Of a stretch of 64,000 bases of DNA, positions 1 through 9,263 are shown piece after piece. The first letter of the stretch is position 1, and each line of letters begins with the position of its first letter. The position numbers and the translations under genes were made by a program. A model generated the notes under the pieces. That model did no database searches, was not told where the DNA came from, and worked only from the letters and a program-made list of their open reading frames with translations. Origin of the DNA: an uncultured delta proteobacterium. GTDB taxonomy: Bacteria > Desulfobacterota > Binatia > UBA9968. The stretch spans positions 736,001-800,000 of the forward strand of contig CAWFJP010000003.1 in NCBI GenBank assembly GCA_963816145.1. Reading direction: 5' to 3'.

Positions 1-798
1 CTTTTTATAAATCGGATTGATGCCGCCCTCTTTCGTCACTAAGAAAGTCGTGCCGCACCAAACACCGACCGCGCCGAGAGCCAGTGCCGCCGCGACGCCG
101 CGGCCATCGGAAATTCCGCCGGCGGCGACCACCGGCTTCGGCCGCACGGCATCGACGATCTGCGGAATCAATGGGAAGTTGCCGATGGTGCCGGTATGTC
201 CGCCCGCCTCGTAACCTTGAGCGATAATTACGTCGGCGCCCTTGCGCGCATGGCTGAGCGCATGCTTGACCGCGCCGGCGAGCGCCATGACTTTGATGCC
301 GCGCTCGTGCGCCAAAGGCACGACTTCAGCGGTGTCGCCCAAACCGATGATGAGAATCGGCACTTTTTCCTCGAGAATGACTCTCAACTGCTCGCGTGTC
401 GCGGCGGGAGTTTTTACCCAGCTCTTGCGATCCGGCGGCTGCGGCGTCAAGCCGAGACGTGGAATCAACTCGTCATTGAACTTGGCGTGCTTGGGAAATT
501 TCTCTTGGATCTCTTTGCGCACTTCGTCAGGGTCGGGAATTTTGACATCCTCCATCTTCGGCAAAGTGATATCAACGCCGAACGGCTTGTCGGTCAGTTG
601 CCGCACCGCGCGGATCCGTTCGCGAATGACTTCGGGACGAATCGAGCTACCACCGATGCAACCCAAACCGCCCGCGTTCGACACCGCAGCCACCAGCTCC
701 GGCGGCGTGGTCAACCCTTCCTTGTCCCAGCCCATGCCGGCCTGAATGATCGGATATTTGATATTCAACAAATCGCATAACGGTGTATGTAAAGACAT
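1..798 (-). CDS. Nitronate monooxygenase / 2-nitropropane dioxygenase family flavoprotein (3' end runs off window)
   Basis: Manual translation from ATG at 798 (GGAGGAG RBS upstream): MSLHTPLCDLLNIKYPIIQAGMG...AAVSNAGGLG...IAQGYEAGGHTG...VAAGGISDGRGVAAALALGA. Missing from the ORF track because it is open at the window edge. Confidence 0.9.
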   Translation of the reverse strand, partial: MSLHTPLCDLLNIKYPIIQAGMGWDKEGLTTPPELVAAVSNAGGLGCIGGSSIRPEVIRERIRAVRQLTDKPFGVDITLPKMEDVKIPDPDEVRKEIQEKFPKHAKFNDELIPRLGLTPQPPDRKSWVKTPAATREQLRVILEEKVPILIIGLGDTAEVVPLAHERGIKVMALAGAVKHALSHARKGADVIIAQGYEAGGHTGTIGNFPLIPQIVDAVRPKPVVAAGGISDGRGVAAALALGAVGVWCGTTFLVTKEGGINPIYKK

Positions 799-864
799 AA
801 AAACTCCTCCAAAAAGCTGCGCTGAGCGAACCTATTAGCGTGTTTGGTTCCGATCCGAAAGACC

Positions 865-893
865 TTGAACTTTTGAACCTTGAACCCTTGAAC
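865..893. repeat. Free (TTGAAC)n arm of the GTTCAA/TTGAAC palindromic repeat family
   Basis: TTGAACTTTTGAACCTTGAACCCTTGAAC, nearly identical to the right arm inside tctC signal peptides. Confidence 0.8.
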
Positions 894-897
894 GAAA

Positions 898-1716
898 TTA
901 CTTCTTCCGATCCTCCGGCTTCACATACTTCACCGTGCCGCCGCCCTTTTGCGAGTGCAAATAACCTTCGACATCGTTGAGCGGATTGGTGTAATAGCGC
1001 ATGCGGTGCGACACCAAGTCATCGGTCTTGAGCGCGGTAAGAAAATCCATGTCCTTCATCATGTAAGCGGCGATCTTGGCGCTCTCCAGCGTTACCGCGT
1101 TGCGGCTGCCAAGCTCCTTCGATAGCTGCTCGACGTTCGCCAGCAACTGGTCGTCCGGCACCACTTCGGAAATGAGACCCACCCGTTCGGCATCGGCCGC
1201 AGTCAAATTACGCCCGGTGAGTTGAATATAAAAGGCTTTCTTCACCGGCAGACCGCTGTGGAACAGCGTCGAAGTCGCCACCGCGCCATAACTGCCGCGG
1301 ATCACCTCCGGCATGCCGAACTTCGCCGACGCCCCGGCGATGCAGAGATCATGGCCGTTGATCAAAGCCAGCCCGCCGCCAAGACACCAACCGCGCACCG
1401 CCGCCACCGTCACTTGCGGCATGGCGCGCAACAGGCGCACGATCTCGTAAGTCGATCCCGCGTGATCCCAAGCGCGCTTGCGCTTCCACGATTCGCGCAG
1501 ATCGTAAAGATCGAGCCCCGACGAATAAGAATCACCCGAGCCCATGGTCACGACACATTTGATCTTGTCGTTTTCGGCGATATCTTTCAGAGCCTTGATC
1601 AATTCCGCCATGAACTTCTGGCTCATGGCGTTCTTCTTCTCCGGCCGGTTAAAGGTCAGCCAAGCGACCCCGGTTTCTTCATCGATTTTTTGCAGAACCG
1701 TCGTTAGTTCAGCCAT
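898..1716 (-). CDS. Enoyl-CoA hydratase/isomerase family, hydroxycinnamoyl-CoA hydratase-lyase-like
   Basis: NRPEKKNAMS, SSGLDL, RGWCLGGG, FGMPE; only the second catalytic Glu is present; GGAGG RBS. Confidence 0.85.
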   Translation of the reverse strand: MAELTTVLQKIDEETGVAWLTFNRPEKKNAMSQKFMAELIKALKDIAENDKIKCVVTMGSGDSYSSGLDLYDLRESWKRKRAWDHAGSTYEIVRLLRAMPQVTVAAVRGWCLGGGLALINGHDLCIAGASAKFGMPEVIRGSYGAVATSTLFHSGLPVKKAFYIQLTGRNLTAADAERVGLISEVVPDDQLLANVEQLSKELGSRNAVTLESAKIAAYMMKDMDFLTALKTDDLVSHRMRYYTNPLNDVEGYLHSQKGGGTVKYVKPEDRKK

Positions 1717-1799
1717 TTCTTACCTCCAAATTTACACATCGATCATTGGCGCTTAACACAGAAAACAAACATCTCACAACCTTAGGAGGAACATTTCCG

Positions 1800-2534
1800 C
1801 TACAATCGCGCCCCATGGAATTTGGCAAACGCGATAGCATGGGCAGTAAGAGATGTAGCGAAGTTTCTAAAACTAATCTCATCGGCGGGTTCGGTATACT
1901 CGCCGCGTAGGCCCTTTGTCGGATCGGAGAGAATCAAACAAGCCGCATCATATAGCCGTTCCCGCACCAACTTCTGACAAAAGATCCGATAACGGTCCGC
2001 GTAAGATGACAAGCGGAATTCCGGAAAAACAGCGAAATGAGGTTCACGGATATCCACAGGGCTTCTGGAGCCTGGCGAATCTTCAAGCAGCATGAAATAG
2101 CCACACCACGGCCGCTGCGATAGCTTGAAGGCTCCTTCACGATAAGCGGTTTGAATATCGGTGGCGTTGCCGATCGCCTCTTCGGTTCGATTATTGAAGT
2201 TGTTGCCGAAGGAGCCCACCTGCGACTTGAACTCAACAACCGCCAGGAGAGCACCATCGACCACCGCGACAATGTCCCACTCCTTGGTAGGACGGAACCA
2301 GCCTGGTATCACAACTTGCTTCTTTTCTATATGCACATGCTGTTTGGAGATCCCGCTTTCGATCAGGAGATCAGCCATCAAAGCAATGAAGCCGTCGATT
2401 TGTTTGCCGCCGGTAACCGCACTTCGGCTGCCGTAGTCCTTCTTTCCAGTCGCGCGGCCTTGATTTTTCGCCTGTCGTCGCCGGGTACGCCAAAACTGAC
2501 TCACTGCAACTCTTAAGCGACTCTCCAACTCCAT
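1800..2534 (-). CDS. Type II restriction endonuclease, XhoI/PaeR7I family
   Basis: RSAVTGGKQIDGF, IPGWFRPTKEWD, EFKSQVGSFGNNFNNRTEEAIG, LVRERLYDAAC. Confidence 0.88.
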   Translation of the reverse strand: MELESRLRVAVSQFWRTRRRQAKNQGRATGKKDYGSRSAVTGGKQIDGFIALMADLLIESGISKQHVHIEKKQVVIPGWFRPTKEWDIVAVVDGALLAVVEFKSQVGSFGNNFNNRTEEAIGNATDIQTAYREGAFKLSQRPWCGYFMLLEDSPGSRSPVDIREPHFAVFPEFRLSSYADRYRIFCQKLVRERLYDAACLILSDPTKGLRGEYTEPADEISFRNFATSLTAHAIAFAKFHGARL

Positions 2535-2550
2535 AACTGGAAGCCGGCAA

Positions 2551-3615
2551 CTAACGGTGGTCGACTATCGAAACCTGGGAAAAAAGATCCCGCGATTTTT
2601 CGACAATCGATGTGTAGGCAAGCTCGAAGTAGTGCGGATCGATCTCGACGCCAATACTATTTCGCCCGCAACGAGCCGCAGCGATGCTCGTCGACCCGGT
2701 TCCCATGAATGGATCGAGGATCGTATCGCCGGCGAAACTAAACATGCGAATTAACCGTTCCGCGAGGTCGACTGGATAGGGCGCTGGGTGCTGCTTGGTG
2801 GAAGCTCCTGGCAAATCATCCCAAGTGATGCGGAACCATTTTTGGTAGTTTTCTTCCGATATCACGCTCATGATACGTGTTGCCACCGACGGGCTGCGAT
2901 ATCCGCCCGGCTTACGTTGCATAAGAATGTATTCCACGTCGTTTTTGATGACGGCATTAGGTTCGTAAGGCTTACCTAGAAAACCGGAACCATTATCAAC
3001 TTCGTATGCTGCGTTGGCGATCTTTAGCCATAGGATCCCCTGAACATTATCGAAACCGAGCTTCCGGCAGCGATCTTGTATCGACGCGTGAAGAGGCACA
3101 ACGGTGTGTCTCCCGTTGTTTTTTCGCCGCGACAAGCAAACGTCACCGACAACCACGATCAGGCGTCCCCCCGGCACCAACGCGCGATGGCAGTGCGCCC
3201 AGACCTTATCGAGCTCAGTGAGAAATTTCTCGTAATCTTCAACGTAGCCTAGTTGGCCGGTCGTCTTGCGGTATTCTTTCAAAGTCCAATAGGGCGGCGA
3301 GCAAATGACGAGATGGACGCATGACGGCGCGAGAAATTCCATGCTTGTTGCGTCACTTAGATATACATCGTGCCTCGTCGGCACCCGTCGCAATGCGTCG
3401 TTGATAAGTCGAGTGAGCTTCGGGTCTTTGGCGATTCGCGGTAGCGCTGTTTGATGATCGGCGCCTACGTTTCCTACCTCCGGTGGAACATAAACGCTCA
3501 CATCGATGTTTGCCGGCTGAGGTGGGGTTTTGGGCTCCACTAAGTCCATAGCATGAGCCACACTGCGGGCTTTTCGCTGCTTTCGCTCAACAACTGGATC
3601 TGTTTGTGGCTTCAT
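2551..3615 (-). CDS. Site-specific DNA methyltransferase, N6/N4 family, beta order (probably m4C); start uncertain
   Basis: SPPY catalytic motif precedes HPAPYP and ILDPFMGTGST; adjacent to the endonuclease. Confidence 0.9.
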   Translation of the reverse strand: MKPQTDPVVERKQRKARSVAHAMDLVEPKTPPQPANIDVSVYVPPEVGNVGADHQTALPRIAKDPKLTRLINDALRRVPTRHDVYLSDATSMEFLAPSCVHLVICSPPYWTLKEYRKTTGQLGYVEDYEKFLTELDKVWAHCHRALVPGGRLIVVVGDVCLSRRKNNGRHTVVPLHASIQDRCRKLGFDNVQGILWLKIANAAYEVDNGSGFLGKPYEPNAVIKNDVEYILMQRKPGGYRSPSVATRIMSVISEENYQKWFRITWDDLPGASTKQHPAPYPVDLAERLIRMFSFAGDTILDPFMGTGSTSIAAARCGRNSIGVEIDPHYFELAYTSIVEKSRDLFSQVSIVDHR

Positions 3616-3705
3616 CGAATAGAATCGCTAACTGACAGGAAAACTCTCGGCAAGCACCATAAAACTACGAATGAACCGTTTAAGCAATCTACGGATGGTC
3701 GACAG

Positions 3706-4164
3706 TTAGCGTTTCACGATGTTCGGATAGTCCACCATGTCGCGCTGGCCGCTGTTGCGGTACAGCCGCTTGCCGGCGCGCGGGTAGTCGACGACATCTT
3801 GCGCCAGGCGCAAGCCGATGACGAGACAAACCAGCGGCTCGCTGCCGTCGTTGATGGTCTCGTGGGCGGGACCGCCGCCGGGGAAACCGAGGAAATCGCC
3901 GGGAGCGATTTTGAACGATTCTTCGCCGATCACCGCCGTGCCCCGGCCGGATAGAACATAGATCGCTTCGTCTTCAAACTTGTGGCTGTGATACTCCGAC
4001 GAGCGATTCCCCGGCGCCACCGTCATCATATGAACACCGAGATTTTTCAGACCAGCGGCGTCGCCCAACGATTTGTTGATGCGCTTAGCCGCGGGGTTGA
4101 CGAAATGAATTCGCTGCTCGCCTTGCATAGCGGCGATTTTATCAGCGGATAAGTACATAGGCAC
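3706..4164 (-). CDS. Cupin domain protein
   Basis: SLGDAAGLKNLGVH, SSEYHSHKFEDEAIYVLSG, GFPGGGPAH, VVDYP. Confidence 0.85.
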   Translation of the reverse strand: MPMYLSADKIAAMQGEQRIHFVNPAAKRINKSLGDAAGLKNLGVHMMTVAPGNRSSEYHSHKFEDEAIYVLSGRGTAVIGEESFKIAPGDFLGFPGGGPAHETINDGSEPLVCLVIGLRLAQDVVDYPRAGKRLYRNSGQRDMVDYPNIVKR

Positions 4165-4180
4165 CTCGACACAAAAATTT

Positions 4181-4288
4181 GTTCAAATCGTTCAAGCCCC
4201 CTCCTTCATCCTCCCCCGCGACGCGGGGGAGGAAAGAGGTAGGGGATTGAACGGCGCGAAGCGGTTGAACGACTTGAACGGTTTGAAC
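4181..4288. repeat. Nested palindrome: GTTCAA...TTGAAC arms around a CCCCCTCC...GGGGGAGG...AGGGG hairpin
   Basis: GTTCAAATCGTTCAAG at left, (TTGAACNNN)n at right, inner CCTCCCCCGCGACGCGGGGGAGG. Confidence 0.8.
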
Positions 4289-4296
4289 ACCCATTC

Positions 4297-5280
4297 TCAC
4301 TCGGCGAGTAAGAATGGCACGACAATTTCCGCCAACTCGACCGGCTTCTCATGCGGAATATGATGCCCCGCCCCTTCGATGGGGACAATCTTCGCATTGG
4401 GAAACAGTTGGGCGCGGTGACCGCGCACCGACTTCATGAAATCGCTCTCGGTGCCGTAGACGAACAAGATCGGACACTTGAGCCGGCGAATGAACGCTTC
4501 GATCTGCTTCTCGGACATCGCCGTGGTCGTTCGGTAACGCAGGATCGGATCATGCTTCCAGCGATAACGCCCCCCTTTGGTATGCGTGCCATGCTTGGCC
4601 ATATGGAGCGCGGCGCGGTCGGGAATCAACGGAAAAGTTTTCTGGATCGCCTTGGCGGCCGCCTCCAAGGATTCGTGGGGGAACGGGATCTCGACGTAGT
4701 TTCGCCCCTTCAAGCGTTCGGCCATGATTTCCGGCACTTCCTCGTCCGCGCGCGCAAAGGGCCCGAGGGATTCGAGCAGCACCATGCGCTTGACCCGTTC
4801 CGGGAACGTGCCGGCATAAAGCAAACACATGCTGCCGCCCAGGGAATGGCCGATGATCGTCACCGGCTCCTTGTCCAAGTGTTTCAACAGCCCGGCGAGG
4901 TCGGTGAGAAAATCTTCGTGCGCGTAGCCGCGGCTGGTGCTCGGCCAGTCGCTGTCGCCATGACCGCGCAGGTCGAGAGCGACCGCATGCTTGATCGGCA
5001 CGCCGCGGCTGATCAGCTCATCGAGAAAATGATCCCAACTGCGCCCCTGGTCGCGCACGCCATGAACAAAGACGTAAGTCTCCTCCCGCGGATCGCCCCA
5101 CTCCCAGTAATGCAGCCGCAACCCGTCATGTTCGAAGTAACGCCGGCGCGGTTCTTGATCCTTGGCGTGCGCGATTTTCTTGGCCTGTTTCGCGCCCCGG
5201 AGAGCGGCTTTTTCTGCGCGAATCTTGGTTTTTGCTTTGGTTTTGACGACTCTCTTTTTAACACTCTTCTTCATGGACAT
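4297..5280 (-). CDS. Alpha/beta hydrolase with Lys-rich N-terminal extension
   Basis: FVHG, DLRGHGDS, GHSLGG nucleophile elbow, AGHHIPHE. Confidence 0.9.
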   Translation of the reverse strand: MSMKKSVKKRVVKTKAKTKIRAEKAALRGAKQAKKIAHAKDQEPRRRYFEHDGLRLHYWEWGDPREETYVFVHGVRDQGRSWDHFLDELISRGVPIKHAVALDLRGHGDSDWPSTSRGYAHEDFLTDLAGLLKHLDKEPVTIIGHSLGGSMCLLYAGTFPERVKRMVLLESLGPFARADEEVPEIMAERLKGRNYVEIPFPHESLEAAAKAIQKTFPLIPDRAALHMAKHGTHTKGGRYRWKHDPILRYRTTTAMSEKQIEAFIRRLKCPILFVYGTESDFMKSVRGHRAQLFPNAKIVPIEGAGHHIPHEKPVELAEIVVPFLLAE

Positions 5281-5610
5281 TCCTTAGCTGTGGTTCAATG
5301 GATTCAAACTAGCGACTAAGAGCGGCTGCGCATCGGGTTCGTCATAGCTCTGCCGCATATAAACACGGCCAAAACAATTCTTGCAAGCCGCGAGACGCTC
5401 GGCGTTAGCGTTGACCACCCACGCCAGCACCGACTTCCGCGCTTGCGTCAAAATGCCGCCGGTGCCTTTGATGCAAATCCCGCGCGCTTTGATCACCCTA
5501 CACTTCGCGCGCTCTGCGCGCAAAGAAACCATCGGCATGACACGCCGACCAGGCCTACGTAATGAATTTAATCCGGTAATCGTTAAAGGATACTGTCAGC
5601 AGCCAAGATC

Positions 5611-6588
5611 CTACCGTCTGCCCAATTCCTTCAAGGCCTCCTCGGCATAGCTATGGTCCAAGTATTTCGACGGCGGCGGCAAGGCGCCGCCTTTGAACAC
5701 ACCGCGTTCGCCTGAAATCTGAATGACCGTGCGCACCCCTTCGACGTTGGTTTCCGCGTTGGGATTCCAGATCTTGTTCTCCGTGTAATACTCCCAGCCG
5801 CGGCGCGCTTGTTCCGGTTTGAGCTGCATCTCCTTCGATAAAAACTCGATCGCCGGTTCCTTATTGTCATGCATCCAGCGCATCGCCAGGACCAGCCCTT
5901 TCATGAAACGCACCGTCAAGCCCCGGTTTTTCTCCGCCCACGCGCGCTTAACCGTCACTTCCGTCAACTGATAATTGGGAATGTAGTCGACGACCTTGGC
6001 GATAATCGGATGGCCCATTTGCGCCGCTTCATAATTGAGCGGCACAGCGATAATCGCGGCGTCGATCCGACCCGCCGTCAAGGAAATAAACGCCTGGGCC
6101 GAGCCGCCGACATTGATCAGGTTGTAATCGCGCGGATATTCTAGACCTTTCGCCTTCAGTACCCGGCGCAACACAAACGCGGTACCCGAAGTGAGTCCTG
6201 ACGAGCCGATATTCGCCCCTTTGAGATCTTCAAAGCTTTTGAATTTTTTGCCGCCCATAATGTAGTGCGTCAATCCGTTGATCACACCGCCGATGCTGAC
6301 CAGATCGGCGCCCTGCTCCACTGCCGCGATCACCGTATCGGTGCCGCCGCTGGACACGTTTACCGATCCTCCGACCAGCGCCATCGTCGATTTATCAGCG
6401 CCGGATACCAATACCAGCTGCGTATCCAGTCCCTGCTTGTCGAAAAACCCCAGCTTGCTGGCCACCCACATTGGGCTGTAGCCGAGCGTCTTGGACGAAG
6501 CGCTTATGGGGAACTTTATTTTCTCCTGCGCCACGCTGGAAGCCGCCACCGCCACCAGACAGAACAATTGCAACAATATAGTCATCAT
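5611..6588 (-). CDS. ABC transporter substrate-binding protein, NMT1/THI5/SsuA-like
   Basis: Signal peptide ending SVAQ; GFFDKQGLD, DLKGANIG, VRFMKGLV. Confidence 0.85.
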   Translation of the reverse strand: MMTILLQLFCLVAVAASSVAQEKIKFPISASSKTLGYSPMWVASKLGFFDKQGLDTQLVLVSGADKSTMALVGGSVNVSSGGTDTVIAAVEQGADLVSIGGVINGLTHYIMGGKKFKSFEDLKGANIGSSGLTSGTAFVLRRVLKAKGLEYPRDYNLINVGGSAQAFISLTAGRIDAAIIAVPLNYEAAQMGHPIIAKVVDYIPNYQLTEVTVKRAWAEKNRGLTVRFMKGLVLAMRWMHDNKEPAIEFLSKEMQLKPEQARRGWEYYTENKIWNPNAETNVEGVRTVIQISGERGVFKGGALPPPSKYLDHSYAEEALKELGRR

Positions 6589-6666
6589 TTGCCGGCTCCC
6601 TAGAGTGTCGGGCCTATCCGTCCGCGCTTCTTGAAAAAAGCGTCCGCTATACGCTGCGCTAGTCAT

Positions 6667-7746
6667 TTACTTCCTCGCCTCCTCAACATACTTCTGGACA
6701 AACTCGACGACCTCCTTCGGTGCCCTCAGCACTTTTTCTCGCAGTTTCTCGCCATTCTCGCCGATCTCAAAGCGCGGTTGAAAGCGCATGATCTTTTTCG
6801 CTTCGGCGATGAACTCTTCATCCTTGGCGAGCTGGGTGAAGGCCTGGCGCATGGTCAGCACCGCTTCATTGGGCGAGCCTGGCGGCAAGAGCGCAACACG
6901 GTTGAGATTCTGGCTCGCCATATTGGCAGCCTTCAGCGCCTCATATTTCATCCCGCTCGGCGCCTTGCCGTGGATTTGGGTGTATATTTCAGTGAAGGAG
7001 CTGAGCTCAGGATAATCCAGGCTCTTTCGCATGTTGCCGTCGGGCGCGATCACGTCATGATAGTAAAGCGGTGTTACCATGCCGGTCTTGACCATTTGCG
7101 GCTCGACCACGCCGCGGTACCCCGGGATGTTTTCGTCATGGTATTGAATCTCATTGCGCTGCACCGCGAGTCGCGCGTCGTTGCTGCTGTTGTAGCCGGT
7201 GACGTAATCGTACTTGACGCCAAGCACGTCGAAGGCCAAGCGAAAGCGCAAGTCCTTATTGCTATCGAACGACAAACCGCCGGCGCGAAAACGTTCGGCC
7301 TTGATAATATCAGTCGGCTTCTTGATACCCGGCGCGACATCGGAGCGAATGTAGCACACCGTGACACCTTCCACTGACGCGATATAGGGCACCTTCATCA
7401 GGTCGACGCGCAGGGTCGAGCTCTTCATCATCTGGTGATTATACGGTCCGGTGAAATAACCCAGCGTCAGACCGTCCGGCTTGGCCTTTTCGCCAAGAAA
7501 GTTGATGCCCGTTACGCCGCCGCCACCGGACATATTCTGCACGACGATCGTCGGACTACCGGGAATAAAGCGCGCCAAATGCCGGGCAACAATGCGGCCT
7601 TCGATGTCGGTCGGGCCACCGGCGCTGAAGTTGATAAAAAAGGTGACGGTTTTGCCTTGATAAAAAGGACGCTCCGCCGTGTGAGACCGCACGGGCACAA
7701 GCATCGAGATGAACGCGATAACCGCAACTCGTACCATCCAATTCAT
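6667..7746 (-). CDS. tctC: Orphan TctC/Bug-family tripartite tricarboxylate transporter substrate-binding protein
   Basis: FYQGKTV, SAGGPTD, IPGSPTIVVQNMSGGGG, AKPDGLTLG, LAVQRNE; lacks the Cys pair seen in the array copies. Confidence 0.8.
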   Translation of the reverse strand: MNWMVRVAVIAFISMLVPVRSHTAERPFYQGKTVTFFINFSAGGPTDIEGRIVARHLARFIPGSPTIVVQNMSGGGGVTGINFLGEKAKPDGLTLGYFTGPYNHQMMKSSTLRVDLMKVPYIASVEGVTVCYIRSDVAPGIKKPTDIIKAERFRAGGLSFDSNKDLRFRLAFDVLGVKYDYVTGYNSSNDARLAVQRNEIQYHDENIPGYRGVVEPQMVKTGMVTPLYYHDVIAPDGNMRKSLDYPELSSFTEIYTQIHGKAPSGMKYEALKAANMASQNLNRVALLPPGSPNEAVLTMRQAFTQLAKDEEFIAEAKKIMRFQPRFEIGENGEKLREKVLRAPKEVVEFVQKYVEEARK

Positions 7747-7764
7747 GTTCCTTCCTCCTTGGGG

Positions 7765-8760
7765 TCAACGACCGCCTAGTTCTTTCAACGCCTCTTTTTG
7801 ATAACTCTGATCGATATATTTTTGCGGGCCGGGCACGGGTCCTTTCGCCTGTGACGATTCCCAGAAGATCTGCGTCGCCACATTCATGCCCTCGACATTG
7901 ACGCCGGCGTCGATCGGCCAGATCTTGTTCTCGATATAATACTCCCAGCCGCGCCGCGCGTAATCCGGCGTCAGATCCAATTCCTTCGCCATGAACGCCA
8001 CTGCCGCTTCTTTATTGGCATAAAACCAGCGGTGCACCGCGATCATGGCGCGCATGAAACGCACCATCAACGGGCGATTCTTCTCCGCCACCGCACGAGA
8101 AACAGTGAACGCGCCGAACTGATAGCTTGGGATCACGTCGATGATGCGCCCCACCGGATGAAAGCCTTGATCGGCGGCGACAAAATTCAATGGCACGCCG
8201 AGCGCCGCCGCGTGCACCTGCCCGGCAGCCAGTGCCGCCAGCGTCGGTCCGGCGCTGCCGGTGGCCAAAATCTGATAGTCGCGGCCGTATTCGAAGCTCT
8301 TGGCTTTGAAATAACGCCGCAAAGCGAAACCCAAGCCCGAGGTTGCGCTGGTGGCGCCAATGATCTTGCCGCGCAGGTCGTTGAGGGTTTGAATGTTCTT
8401 CGTCGTCATCAGCACCTGGGACAACCCGTTGATGGTGCCGCCGATCATGACGACGTCGATGCCGCGCTCCACCGCGGCGATATGCGCGTCCGATCCCGAC
8501 GCCGAGACATAGACGGAACCGCTCAGCACCGCCGCCAGCGACTTATCCGCACCGCGCACATATACCAACTGCGGCTCGAAATCCTCGCGCTCCATGAAGC
8601 CCAGCTTCGCCGATGCCAACATCGGTCCATAGCCGAGGCTCTTGCTGGTAATGCTGTAGGGAAACTTGACCTTGGATTGAGCGAAGCTCGGCCAAGGCGC
8701 GATCAATACCAGCGACGTGAAAAAGTATGCAACTCTCTTGGCCAGTATGATCAGTTTCAT
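7765..8760 (-). CDS. ABC transporter substrate-binding protein, NMT1/THI5-like; paralog of 5611-6588
   Basis: Shares SKxLGYxPM, GADKS, INGL and ARRGWEYYxENKIW with 5611-6588. Confidence 0.85.
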   Translation of the reverse strand: MKLIILAKRVAYFFTSLVLIAPWPSFAQSKVKFPYSITSKSLGYGPMLASAKLGFMEREDFEPQLVYVRGADKSLAAVLSGSVYVSASGSDAHIAAVERGIDVVMIGGTINGLSQVLMTTKNIQTLNDLRGKIIGATSATSGLGFALRRYFKAKSFEYGRDYQILATGSAGPTLAALAAGQVHAAALGVPLNFVAADQGFHPVGRIIDVIPSYQFGAFTVSRAVAEKNRPLMVRFMRAMIAVHRWFYANKEAAVAFMAKELDLTPDYARRGWEYYIENKIWPIDAGVNVEGMNVATQIFWESSQAKGPVPGPQKYIDQSYQKEALKELGGR

Positions 8761-8885
8761 CAGTTTATCCCGCCGCTGACGACTTCTAATGTAGAATCCA
8801 CCGTTCCAAGAGGAGTACATCGGGAACGGTTTTAACGTCAAGCTAGATCGAGAAAGAGTAATCGCTTGCTAAGGGTTAAAGAGAA

Positions 8886-8952
8886 AGATTTCTCGCTCCG
8901 CTCGAAATGACAAGGTGTGCATGGTTGTCATCCCGAACAAAGAGAGGGATCT
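8886..8952. repeat. REP-like palindromic units (AGATTTCTCG...CGAAATGAC and GTCATCCCG...GGGATCT)
   Basis: Same unit type occurs inside the 132-bp elements at 51801 and 61924. Confidence 0.7.
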
Positions 8953-9014
8953 TGACCGAAGATCCCCCTGTTACGTGGAGTATTTTCCGAGCTTCGTGGC
9001 CTTCGTGTCCTCCT

Positions 9015-9217
9015 TAGAAAATACAGGTGCAGGTATGATCCGGGCGACAAATTGGCACGCGGTTTCCGTCATACCGGCGAAAGCCGGTATCCATCCCCTC
9101 CCTCCCCTGGATGCCGGCCTTCGCCGGCATGACGAATCAGGGGAAGAACCATGTGGTGCTGAGGGCTGCAATTTCATACTCTGTAGACGAGCGCAAGCTC
9201 ATGGACACTTCGTGATG
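9015..9217. mobile_element. ~200-bp non-coding MITE-like element, copy 1, inserted in a CTTCGTG repeat arm
   Basis: Closely similar to 45173-45377; contains GTCATACCGGCGAAAGCCGGTATCCA...TGGATGCCGGCCTTCGCCGGCATGAC. Confidence 0.75.
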
Positions 9218-9263
9218 TAATATAGTTCCGCAATCATTTCGAAAAATCGACAAGAGGTACGCC

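Noticed and set aside
196-780. Plus-strand ORFs 196-780 and 242-745
   Set aside because: Antisense shadows of the minus-strand nitronate monooxygenase gene.
4351-5319. Long antisense ORFs such as 4351-5319, 8032-8835 and 38296-39177
   Set aside because: Expected shadow frames in GC-rich genes; no motifs.
5284-5538. 84-aa ORF with a CKNC motif
   Set aside because: It fills the gap on the expected strand but has no recognisable family or clear RBS; left uncalled.
8915-9220. Small ORFs over 8915-9220, 10222-10599, 45094-45368 and 51683-51949
   Set aside because: Chance translations of REP-like and MITE sequence (VIPAKAGI, WIPAFAGMT).
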